Source: Puniceicoccales bacterium (GTDB lineage: Bacteria; Verrucomicrobiota; Verrucomicrobiia; Opitutales; JAIRKQ01). Taken from it: a stretch of DNA of 58,172 nt. The stretch is taken from contig JAITAS010000062.1 of the NCBI GenBank assembly GCA_031284015.1, positions 1 through 58,172 of the forward strand, written 5' to 3'. Below the pieces are notes generated by a model. That model saw only the letters and a program-made list of their open reading frames with translations, had not been told where the DNA came from and made no database searches. Every line of letters starts with the position of its first letter. The stretch's first letter is position 1. Below are positions 1-8,507 of this stretch, one piece after another. The translations under genes and the position numbers were made by a program.

Positions 1-183
1 GTACTTCCTAAGTCCCTCCATATCCAACTTCCTTGCCTTCCTATTCAAAGGAGCTCGGTTGAGGTTCCCCTTTTCCCTCACTAACTTTTTCCTCCTGCTT
101 ATCGTCCTGGTACCTACGCCAAACACCTTACTGGTCTCTTTTACTCCGTTCATTTCGGCATATTCTATCACCTTGACCCTCAT
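1..183 (-). mobile_element. IS630-family transposase gene, N-terminal HTH portion (ATG at 183-181; the ORF runs off the left window edge)
   Basis: My own minus-strand translation from 183 gives MRVKVIEYAEMNGVKETSKVFGVGTRTISRRKKLVREKGNLNRAPLNRKARKLDMEGLRKY with no stop before position 1. This is a typical IS630/Tc1-like N-terminus (helix-turn-helix, then RK.KLD.E.L). It is absent from the ORF track because it is open-ended. Confidence 0.5.
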
Positions 184-249
184 AATACATTTCTTCTTTG
201 CTTTCCAACTCTTCTTTCGGCCCTTGTCATGAAGATTAACTATAAGCGA

Positions 250-650
250 CCTTTTTCTTCGGCATTGGGGACATAATTTGTTTGCATCGTGAAAAGAATC
301 ACATCGTAGGGAAATAGTCACTTTACAAACGACGGAAATGCGTTTCGACACCCGTACAATACTTCCTCGACACAGGTAGCATCATGCAAATTTCCAGGTT
401 TTAACGCGAATCCAAAAATTTTTTGCCTTTCATCGGCAACAATATTCAGATGCACTCCAAACATCGCCATCGTGGACAAGCATAACCTACTGTGCCTACT
501 TCGGAATGTTCGATGGAGAACCATGTCATAGGTCATCATCACTTCGCTTGGACAGAGCTCGCAACGTCGACTTCATCCGGTCACCATTTCAATGATTTTT
601 CTTTTATATTTGGGCGTCGATTTTCACATTTCCCAGTTTCGATTGTTTAT
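250..650 (-). pseudogene. IS5-family (IS5/InsH-like) DDE transposase remnant
   Basis: ORF 318-542 contains FGVHLNIVADERQKIFGFALKPGNLHDATCVEEVLYG, which fits the IS5 core pattern FG.K.H..vD...G......t.aN.HD......LL.G. Upstream in another frame (about 610-650), SKLGNVKIDAQI-stop fits G.lvDATii.A. Downstream in a third frame (about 250-300), LRCDSFHDANKL resembles the aDaGY region. The motifs are colinear but spread over three frames with stops, and the remnant abuts the IS630 copy. Boundaries are approximate. Confidence 0.5.
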
Positions 651-1072
651 GGAAAAAGAGCACCTTAATTTTCATTGGAAAGAATGGTCACATCGTTGTC
701 TTTAAATGAGTCGTAGGACGACCTAGCAATCAACACACCGCCAAAGGCATTGCCCTCAGGTGCCATCGAGGAAGCGGATAAAAAAATCGTTAGCTATCAC
801 ACGACGGTGATGGTATTTACCATAAACAATACGAAGTTTCGGAAAAACCGTTTAGCAGTTTGAACGTCAACCAATAAGCTCTGCACAAGAAAAATATGCT
901 GCATTTTCCAACCCTATCACTGACCACATAATTTTTACACGTTGGCTCCCCTAAAGTCGTTCCTCTTTCGATCAATCCTATGCGGAAATCGAACTGGGAA
1001 ACTAGAAAATGGAATGAAATATGAGAAATGGTATGTTTTTTCCTTACCTATGATATATTTTAACACTGTTGA

Positions 1073-1390
1073 ATGAATAAAATTCCGATGAATATCAAAA
1101 TTAAAAAAAGTTTGCCAAAGGTTAACCGTCGTGGCATTGTAGAGGACACGAGAGCAACATGTACACTTTGCAAAAGGTTCCACAGCTACGCCGCAAAGGT
1201 GGTGACTCTGAGCAACGAAAAGTACTGCATACTGCCAAAGAGCATCTATGACGGCCTCCTTGGGACTATCGCTATAAATTCTGACCCGGAAGCTCATCGA
1301 ATGATGCAGAATGCATTTGTAAACCCAGGAAAAGTAATGTTCCACTTCGTGAATGACATGTTGAAATTCTTTGGGGTTGAGAGGGATTAA
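1073..1390 (+). CDS. Phd/YefM-family antitoxin-like protein (the true start may be an internal Met, e.g. 1088)
   Basis: AKVVTLSNEKYCILPKSIYDGLLGTIAINSDPEAHRMMQNAF fits the Phd/YefM pattern (VvIt.nGk..avLls.e.Y..L.ET.ell.dPe). Its stop codon (1388-1390) is directly followed by the ATG of a YoeB-like frame. The N-terminal region is longer than usual, so it may itself be partly decayed. Confidence 0.4.
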   Translation: MNKIPMNIKIKKSLPKVNRRGIVEDTRATCTLCKRFHSYAAKVVTLSNEKYCILPKSIYDGLLGTIAINSDPEAHRMMQNAFVNPGKVMFHFVNDMLKFFGVERD

Positions 1391-1647
1391 ATGTATAGAC
1401 TTATTTTTTCTAAATAAGGAGGAAAAAGATTTTTACAAGGTATTGAAAAAATGAATACAAAGCCATAGAAATTTTTGATATTATTTCCTCTGATCCACAC
1501 CAAACCCCACTACCTTTCGAATGCCTCGCGGGAGAATATACCAGATATTTGTTTCGCCGAATCAATATCCAGCATCGGATAGTTTACAGCGTGTGTGGAA
1601 ATGTTGCCGAGGTGGCCTATTGTTGGACACATTATCATGGAGATTAA
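1391..1647 (+). pseudogene. YoeB/Txe-family toxin gene, disrupted by two frameshifts
   Basis: Three-frame reconstruction gives MYRLIF / LNKEEKDFYKVLKK / NEYKAIEIFDIISSDPHQTPLPFECLAGEYTRYLFRRINIQHRIVYSVCGNVAEVAYCWTHYHGD-stop. It is about 85 aa and colinear with YoeB (..RRI...HRlVY.v....i..CryHY). The frame changes coincide with T6 (1404-1409) and A6 (1446-1451). Confidence 0.55.
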
Positions 1648-1649
1648 AA

Positions 1650-2088
1650 CATCGGACGGGTGGTCAATGGCGATCGCCTAAGGTATGCGAAAATACCTTC
1701 CTTACACATGACGAAAGCGCAAGCATCAGCCACGTCCGGAAATTTTGATAGTTTATGTTTTGTAGCATTAGGTGGATTCCACCCACGTTAAGGGGCATCA
1801 GCACGGCACTGGAGCTGGTCTCATCCCTAGACACAAAATTTGTTCTCGCGGGCAAAGGGCCAACGATTCCGAAGACATAATCCTTTCCCCTTCCTCTCTC
1901 GGCATTGTCCCACTCATCCCTTACTGGATAAACAGAAATTTTCAGCGCTGCTGCGTTCGTTGCTTATTTTGACAACAAACTTTAGGTTCCCAGCATCAAC
2001 ATTTACTTACCCATGGTTTCAGGTCATCCCACATTTTCGCTACCACCGCTGCAAGCTCATGAGCATCCTCCATGAGTGGTATCCGTAA
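1650..2088 (+). pseudogene. IS5-family (IS427/IS1031-like, DUF4096-type) transposase remnant
   Basis: The frame of ORF 1521-1748 gives HRTGGQWRSPKVCENTF (pattern lrTGcqWr.LP..fg). GTG-initiated ORF 1772-1972 gives (V)DSTHVKGHQHGTGAG...SRGQ (pattern iDST.vkAHqhaaGa..srGG). The frame of ORF 1840-2088 ends HFRYHRCKL (pattern atRYeKl). The motif order is correct, but the motifs lie in three frames and are compressed to about 440 nt. Confidence 0.5.
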
Positions 2089-2116
2089 GGTTTGTGACTG
2101 CCATCTTTTAGGAGCG

Positions 2117-2953
2117 TTATTCAAAGCCCATAATATCGATTCCAGATTTAGCAGCACAGGTTAGCACATTATTTTTATTTAGGATTATTACATTTTGAAC
2201 TTCCAAGGCAGCATACCTTACATTTGCGTTATTGAGATTTTCCAACGTTCGCATGCCAAAAACAGGAACGTCAAAACGAAAGTCCTGTTTGTATTTAGCT
2301 GTTTTTACAAAAATTGCATCTTTCAAATTAAACTTTCCAGCTCGATTGATGAGATCATCGGTTCCCGCAAAATCTTCAACAGCTATGATTGTTCCCCGGC
2401 GTACTATGACACCTTGGCCAATATTTAAACGAGCAATTTCATGGGCGGTATTGATTCCCAGCAGGAGACTTTCTTCATTGATTGTCAATTTCCTAGGTGT
2501 CATAGGACCTACGGTGGCAAGATGTTCTTCCATGAAAGAACGCGCATCCAATAATTCTACACCAATATTTGTAATTTCCTCCGCAATTGCTCCGAAAATG
2601 GATTCGGCGTTGTGTTCTTTGAGCGTTGTTAACATCCGCAGTACCTTAAGATCTGGCAGCAGCCCTTGAAAAAGTTTTTTTGGTTTCACCTGACCAGCCA
2701 TGATAGCAAATTTTACGTTGAAGCTTTTTAATGCTTTTAATAATTTTGATATTTGCCCAACGGAAACTTTTGTAACACTTTGCGTTGGAAAACTGCCGAG
2801 CCATTCGACATCTACATCATCATCTACGGCGATAACCACGATGTTATGTCCAGAAGATACTATGTTTTTTGCGCATAGGATCGGATAATCTCCACGTCCT
2901 GCAATTAGTGCAATGCATTCTCCTTTCGGTAAATTTTTACGAATAAATGGCAT
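2117..2953 (-). CDS. lpxI: UDP-2,3-diacylglucosamine diphosphatase LpxI (DUF1009 family)
   Basis: 278 aa. IALIAGRGDYP near the N-terminus, IMAGQVKPKK, NIGQGVIVRRGTIIAVEDFAGTDDLINRAG and KQDFRFDVPVFG match the LpxI pattern (iaLIAG.G.lP, vmaG.v, DvGQ.vvv..g.vlavEa.EGTD.ml.R, QD.R.DlP.iG). Confidence 0.75.
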   Translation of the reverse strand: MPFIRKNLPKGECIALIAGRGDYPILCAKNIVSSGHNIVVIAVDDDVDVEWLGSFPTQSVTKVSVGQISKLLKALKSFNVKFAIMAGQVKPKKLFQGLLPDLKVLRMLTTLKEHNAESIFGAIAEEITNIGVELLDARSFMEEHLATVGPMTPRKLTINEESLLLGINTAHEIARLNIGQGVIVRRGTIIAVEDFAGTDDLINRAGKFNLKDAIFVKTAKYKQDFRFDVPVFGMRTLENLNNANVRYAALEVQNVIILNKNNVLTCAAKSGIDIMGFE

Positions 2954-3000
2954 CCAATTCCTTTGAAAATTGACAAATTATTAGCCTTGGCAATGAAAAA

Positions 3001-3819
3001 TCACGTGAACTTGGATTCTTTTTGCATCCTTTGCCGCAAAACTTCATATAAAACAATCACAGCTGCGTCATTGACATTGAGAGAATCACACATCCCCTTT
3101 TGCGGGAGTGAAATTTTTGCGATGGAGGTGTTCTTTAGCCAGAAATCTGATAGCCCATCATGCTCAGATCCGACAATAATTGCTGTGTGAGGCACAAAAT
3201 TTTCATTGAAATAAATGTTTTTTGCAGACGGTATCGTTGCAAAAATTTGGATGGAGTGGGTTTTTAAAAATGCCAGCGTTTGTTCATTATTCGTGACAAT
3301 CGTCGGTAAACTAAAAACTGCCCCCTGGGACGCACAAATGACATTGGGATTGAAAATATCAGTTATGGGATCGCATAAAATCAATGCGTCAACACCGGCG
3401 GATTCTGCCGAACGCATCAAAGCACCAAGATTTCCAGCTTTTTCAATTCTTTCAGCAACTAGGATAAAAGCGTTTTTTGAAAGTTTGATATCTGGAAAAT
3501 CCGAACTCCAAAAATTAGCCAAGCCAAGAATACCATCGCAATTTTCGCGGTAACTAATTTTTTCAAAAACTTCGGTACTTACTTTGCAAACTGGAAGCTT
3601 TTTTCTTTCAGCACGACGGATCAAATTCAACTGGATAATATCTTTAAAAAATTTTTCACAGAAAAAAATTGTATCAATGGAAATGTTGTTGTCCATAGCC
3701 CGTGATAACTCACGATAACCTTCCACAAGAAACATCCCATAGCGATTCCGTTTTGTACGATCATGTAGCTTACATAAAAATTTTATGCGATCGTTTTGTT
3801 TGCTCGTAATGATTTCCAC
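3001..3819 (-). CDS. TrmH/SpoU-family RNA 2'-O-methyltransferase (RlmB-like)
   Basis: 272 aa. SpoU motifs are present: ERIEKAGNLGALMRSAESAGVDALIL, IVGSEHDGLS and LNVNDAAVIVLYE. An N-terminal substrate-binding-like region precedes them. Confidence 0.75.
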   Translation of the reverse strand: MEIITSKQNDRIKFLCKLHDRTKRNRYGMFLVEGYRELSRAMDNNISIDTIFFCEKFFKDIIQLNLIRRAERKKLPVCKVSTEVFEKISYRENCDGILGLANFWSSDFPDIKLSKNAFILVAERIEKAGNLGALMRSAESAGVDALILCDPITDIFNPNVICASQGAVFSLPTIVTNNEQTLAFLKTHSIQIFATIPSAKNIYFNENFVPHTAIIVGSEHDGLSDFWLKNTSIAKISLPQKGMCDSLNVNDAAVIVLYEVLRQRMQKESKFT

Positions 3820-3824
3820 CCGTA

Positions 3825-5117
3825 TTACTTAATAAATGCGATATCTTGAATCTTTTGGGCTACGAATTTAGAAGCTCCACAATTGTTTTTATGCCATTCT
3901 TGCAGCTTTTCAGCAAAACCTTTCCTTTTGTCTTCGTCCTTTGCAAGCACAGTTATCGCCATAATTGCACGGGCAGGATCTTTGACTTTGGCAACACACC
4001 TGGCGTGTTCTAGAGACAAGCAAATATCCTGGAAATTTGTCATCCTGTCACCATACACGATGGGGACTCCACAACAGGCGGCATCTAGGGGGGATTGGCC
4101 ACCGACATTGGGAACCAAGCTTTTTCCAATGAACGCTATGTCGGCTATCGATGTTAGCGTTTGTAATTCTCCCGTTGTATCGGCAAAACAAATATCAACC
4201 TCTGTGAAGGCTTTTCCTTTTGACCGTTGATGCCATTTAAATCCAGACGCTTGCAGCAAATCTATAATCTGACCGCGCCTTTCCGCATGACGGGGGGCAA
4301 GCAATAGCTTCCACCGCCTATCGAACTCTCGGCATTTCTTGAAAGCTCTAATGAGCATTGCTTCTTCCTTGGGCCAAGTAGACGATCCCAATAAAATTAG
4401 GTCATTTTCTGTAAAACCAAGGGCATGCCTAAGGAATAACGCTTCCTTTGAATCCAATTTCGAAATCCTATTATCAAACTTTATGTTCCCGGCAATTTTT
4501 ATTCGGTCTGGCGAAATTCCTATTTCCCTACAACGGTCTGCCATCAATTGATCAGAGGCCAATACGAAAGAAATATTACCCAAAGTTGATTGGGCCAAAT
4601 TTTGGAAAGTTTTATAGCGAGTAAACGTTTTATTTGAAATGCGTGCATTTATCAAAACAACGGGAACATCACGCAAGTGTGCCTGCCAAATGTGTTCTGG
4701 CCAAATTTCACTTTCCACAAGAACTGCTACATGGGGAAAAATTCTTTTCCAAGCCAACCAGCTGCACAGCCAAAAGTCCAATGGAAATAATCCCACAAAC
4801 AATATTTTTCTACCATACAAGCGGCAAGCTAGCTCATATCCTGTGCTTGTGGTCGTTGTTAAAACGATCTCATATAGGTTCGATTCGATGAGCAAATCTA
4901 TCAATTGCTCCAGTGCTTTAATTTCTCCGACGCTTACGGCTTGTATCCACAGACGCTTTTTGCCGAATTTTCTTTTTGGAAGCTTTTTAAATAATCCCAA
5001 ACGATACTTGAAGTCCCTTTTGTAGCCACCTCTTCTCAGCATGCGATAGGCATAGTAAGGCATGACAAGTAAAAAAATTGGAACAAATAAAATTCTATAT
5101 AGTAAAATCGCCCACAT
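3825..5117 (-). CDS. kdtA: 3-deoxy-D-manno-octulosonic acid (Kdo) transferase
   Basis: 430 aa with an N-terminal membrane anchor, then LWIQAVSVGEIKALEQLI (pattern iW.HaaSvGE) and C-terminal GGQSPLDAACCGVPIVYG. This is a typical WaaA/KdtA layout. Confidence 0.85.
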   Translation of the reverse strand: MWAILLYRILFVPIFLLVMPYYAYRMLRRGGYKRDFKYRLGLFKKLPKRKFGKKRLWIQAVSVGEIKALEQLIDLLIESNLYEIVLTTTTSTGYELACRLYGRKILFVGLFPLDFWLCSWLAWKRIFPHVAVLVESEIWPEHIWQAHLRDVPVVLINARISNKTFTRYKTFQNLAQSTLGNISFVLASDQLMADRCREIGISPDRIKIAGNIKFDNRISKLDSKEALFLRHALGFTENDLILLGSSTWPKEEAMLIRAFKKCREFDRRWKLLLAPRHAERRGQIIDLLQASGFKWHQRSKGKAFTEVDICFADTTGELQTLTSIADIAFIGKSLVPNVGGQSPLDAACCGVPIVYGDRMTNFQDICLSLEHARCVAKVKDPARAIMAITVLAKDEDKRKGFAEKLQEWHKNNCGASKFVAQKIQDIAFIK

Positions 5118-5150
5118 GTCTAAAATCCCGGTTTTAATTCTTTAAAATCA

Positions 5151-6275
5151 TTATCCCATTCGTAGTGGCATAACGACATAAAGAAAATCTTCTAAGGTTT
5201 TAAATACTCCAGCGCTCAATTCATCTTTAAATTCGAAGAATACTTCGTCTTGCGTCAAAACTCTTAATGGATCGCAAATGAACACATAGTTGAATGCGAT
5301 TTCAATGGGCTTGCCTTCATAGACAATAGCAATTTTTTCATGGGCATTTCCATACTCTTGACTTTCGGCAGACACTTCCAGAGCATTTTTTTCAAAATGC
5401 AGTTTGACTAGATTTTTTTGATCATTTGCGACGATTGCCACCCTCTGAATACATTCGAGAACAAGTTGACGATCAAGTTTGACGCGGTTTTCTGCCACCT
5501 GTGGAATAATCTGGCGAAAATTTGGATAGTTGCCTTCAACAATTTTAGAAACCACCTTGATGTTGCCGACTAGACCATCCTGATTGTCTTTATTGACGGC
5601 AATTAGAAACACGATTTGACGATTATCGAACAGGAAAACCACATCTTCTCCCTGGCCTAATAGCCTCTCAACTTCTCGAATTGTTTTGCTGGGAATGATT
5701 ACTCCTTTTGTATTTTCTACGCCCTCAGCTATCTCCTTGGACACCAAACTTAATCGACGTCCATCCGTTGCTGCAAACGTTAATTTGTTTTGATCGAAAC
5801 AAAAGTATACGCTGTTTAGGATAAAACGATTATCGTCGTTGGACTGGGCAAAGGAAACATTTTTGAGCATTTTAGCCATTTCCGTCTGTAGCAACTGCGT
5901 TTTATTCAGTGGATTTGGCTCGCTTGTACTTGGAAAATCATCGGCCGGAAGTCCCATGATTTGAAAGTTTGAACGGCCGGAGGAAATTTTTACCTTCGTA
6001 CCTTCGAGTTCTGCGGCAACGATATCACCCGGCAAAGAACGGACGATAGCAGCCAATTTCTTGGCTGGAAGTGTTATTTTTCCTTCGCTCTCAATTTCTG
6101 CTTTTACCTTACAATGTATGGAAATGTCCAAATTGGTTGCAGTAATTTTCAATCCGTCGTCAACGCATTCCAACAGCACATTGCTCAAAATCGGAATTAT
6201 TGCACGTTGTTCGACAATGCTTAAAACTTTCTGTAACCCATTAACAAATGTAATTTTTTCTATTGAAAACTTCAT
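5151..6275 (-). CDS. dnaN: DNA polymerase III beta sliding clamp
   Basis: 374 aa. N-terminus MKFSIEKITFVNGLQKV...IPILSNVLLE and C-terminus ...YVVMPLRM, with overall three-domain colinearity to DnaN. Confidence 0.9.
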   Translation of the reverse strand: MKFSIEKITFVNGLQKVLSIVEQRAIIPILSNVLLECVDDGLKITATNLDISIHCKVKAEIESEGKITLPAKKLAAIVRSLPGDIVAAELEGTKVKISSGRSNFQIMGLPADDFPSTSEPNPLNKTQLLQTEMAKMLKNVSFAQSNDDNRFILNSVYFCFDQNKLTFAATDGRRLSLVSKEIAEGVENTKGVIIPSKTIREVERLLGQGEDVVFLFDNRQIVFLIAVNKDNQDGLVGNIKVVSKIVEGNYPNFRQIIPQVAENRVKLDRQLVLECIQRVAIVANDQKNLVKLHFEKNALEVSAESQEYGNAHEKIAIVYEGKPIEIAFNYVFICDPLRVLTQDEVFFEFKDELSAGVFKTLEDFLYVVMPLRMG

Positions 6276-6363
6276 AATAAATTTTGCAAAGGATATGGTC
6301 TCTTGTTATTTTTTTATGATCAAATGACAAGTCGACTTTTCATTTTGATAAAAATTATTTATT

Positions 6364-8412
6364 GTGAGCACCATTAATGAACCATATTCAGTATCCGATA
6401 TTCGAGCCCTAAAAGCAAAGTATGATAAATTATTATCTGAAATAAGTTTGCATGACAGGCTATACTATAGGGAAAACAATCCTAGAATTTCCGATTTTGA
6501 ATATGATTGTTTAAAGTCTGAAGTCGAAAGATTGCGGGAAATTTTGACAATTTATTCGATGGAAACAAAGGATACGACCATTGGAGATGATAGAACTTCC
6601 GGATTTCAGTCATTTGCACATTTATCTCCCATGATGAGTTTAGCAAATACCTATTCACGGGAAGAATTGTTTCAGTTTTCTAACCACCTAGAAGCCATAG
6701 TAGGACCACAAAAATTTTCCTATGTCGTTGAACCAAAAATCGATGGTATCGCTATAAATTTGATCTACAAAAAAGGAAAATTTTTCAAAGCATTAACTAG
6801 GGGCAATGGGACCATCGGAGATGATGTTAGTGCAAATATCAAAACGATCAAGGGTTTGCCTTTAAAAATAGAAAATCATTTCGGATCCATTGAAATTCGT
6901 GGGGAAGTTTACATAGACAAGCAAACCTTTATTGGGATAAACAAAGCGCGTGAAGAACAGGGATTAGAGTTGTTCGCCAATCCGCGCAACCTAGCTGCAG
7001 GGACCGTAAAAACTATTAATATCGATGAAGTTATCGAACGAAACTTAAAATTAATCACCTATGCCGTTGGCTATTGTTCCGAAAAGATTGCAAGTTTCCA
7101 AAGCGAAGTTTTGGAATGTCTGAAAAACCTCGGATTTGCATCCCAGGAAAAATATTGGATAGCTGAAAGCATTGAAGAAGCTTGGAAGTATGTTGAAGTG
7201 TTAGGCGCAATGCGGCATACCTTGCCCCATTGGACCGATGGAGCAGTACTAAAAATCAACGAGCTACAATTTTATGAGATGTTAGGAACAACGGCAAAAT
7301 CTCCACGGTGGGCCATTGCCTATAAATTTGCCCCGGAACGGGCTGTGACAAGGATTAATGATATCATCCTACAGGTGGGTCGTACGGGAATAATTACCCC
7401 GGTGGCGAATTTGGAAAGTGTACTATTATCGGGGACAAATGTTTCTCGAGCTACCCTACATAATGCCGATGAAATATCGAAGAAGGATATTCGCATAGGG
7501 GATTACGTAACGGTAGAAAAGGCAGGAGAAATAATTCCGGCGATTGTTGCCGTTGACACAAAAAAGCGCAGTGTAAATTCCATGCCCTTTGTCTTCCCCA
7601 AAATTTGTCCCGCCTGTGGGTCACAGTTGGTACAATTGCCTAGTGAAGTTGCATGGCGATGCCAAAATTTGTGCTGTTTGCCGCAAATTCAGAGGCGCCT
7701 AGAACATTTCGTTTCGCGGACGGCAATGGACATTGATGGGCTTGGAACGGCTGTGATTGAAAGACTAATGGCGGACCAAAAATTAGACAATATTGCCGAT
7801 ATCTACCGTCTAACGTTTAATGATTTGGAAAGTTTGGAAAAATTCGGAACCAAATCGGCCTTGAAAATTTTAAGCAACATTGATGATAGTAAAAATCGAC
7901 CACTTTGGCGTCTTTTGCACGGTTTCGGCATTTTAGGAATTGGAGAGCAGACGGCAAAAATTCTAGCAAAGCATTTTCGTTCCCTCAATAACCTAATTGC
8001 TGCAACATCCGAAAAATTAGAACGTCTCGGTGGCATTGGAGCAAAATTATCGAATGCAATAGTTGCATTTTTTAGGGAACCACATAACGTGCAAATCCTC
8101 AGCGATTTACGAATGTTGGGAGTTATTCACGATGATACGCATTTGGAAACCGCACAGGACCAGGACCAGAATTTAATATTTCATGCAAAAAATTTTATAC
8201 TGACGGGAACATTATCATCAATGACACGCCAAGAAGCAATTGAAAAAATCGAACATTTCGGCGGTAAGGTTTCAATTTCCCTATCGAGAAATGTACACAT
8301 ACTTATTGCGGGAGAAAATTGCGGTTCAAAATTGGAAAAAGCCCAATCTCTGGGCTTAGAAATTTGGAATGAAACTGATTTGCTAAGGCATTTGAATGGA
8401 GTTATGGCATAA
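6364..8412 (+). CDS. ligA: NAD-dependent DNA ligase
   Basis: 682 aa with a GTG start. It has the adenylation motif VEPKIDGIA, the Cys4 zinc finger CPACGSQL...WRCQNLCC, an HhH region and a C-terminal BRCT-like segment (FILTGTL...R.EA...IE.FGGKV). Confidence 0.95.
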   Translation: MSTINEPYSVSDIRALKAKYDKLLSEISLHDRLYYRENNPRISDFEYDCLKSEVERLREILTIYSMETKDTTIGDDRTSGFQSFAHLSPMMSLANTYSREELFQFSNHLEAIVGPQKFSYVVEPKIDGIAINLIYKKGKFFKALTRGNGTIGDDVSANIKTIKGLPLKIENHFGSIEIRGEVYIDKQTFIGINKAREEQGLELFANPRNLAAGTVKTINIDEVIERNLKLITYAVGYCSEKIASFQSEVLECLKNLGFASQEKYWIAESIEEAWKYVEVLGAMRHTLPHWTDGAVLKINELQFYEMLGTTAKSPRWAIAYKFAPERAVTRINDIILQVGRTGIITPVANLESVLLSGTNVSRATLHNADEISKKDIRIGDYVTVEKAGEIIPAIVAVDTKKRSVNSMPFVFPKICPACGSQLVQLPSEVAWRCQNLCCLPQIQRRLEHFVSRTAMDIDGLGTAVIERLMADQKLDNIADIYRLTFNDLESLEKFGTKSALKILSNIDDSKNRPLWRLLHGFGILGIGEQTAKILAKHFRSLNNLIAATSEKLERLGGIGAKLSNAIVAFFREPHNVQILSDLRMLGVIHDDTHLETAQDQDQNLIFHAKNFILTGTLSSMTRQEAIEKIEHFGGKVSISLSRNVHILIAGENCGSKLEKAQSLGLEIWNETDLLRHLNGVMA

Positions 8413-8507
8413 AAGTTGCTTAATCCTAAACCAAAATGGTGTGAATCTTGCATCAAAACTTGCAAATTATATCACGATTCGCACCATAGTATTTTTACTG
8501 AAGAAAC

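Noticed and set aside
690-940. Additional transposase-like strings on the minus strand (GGVLIARSSYDSFKDN, AKRFFRNF, KLRIVYGKYHHRRV)
   Set aside because: The matches are short, lie in several frames, and are in the wrong order relative to the adjacent IS5 remnant. I cannot tell whether they are a fourth decayed copy or chance, so I did not annotate them as a feature.
935-1345. 136-aa minus-strand ORF in the accessory left region
   Set aside because: It is antisense to the YefM-like frame, whose translation shows a family pattern and a toxin-antitoxin junction. The minus-strand product has no recognisable motif.
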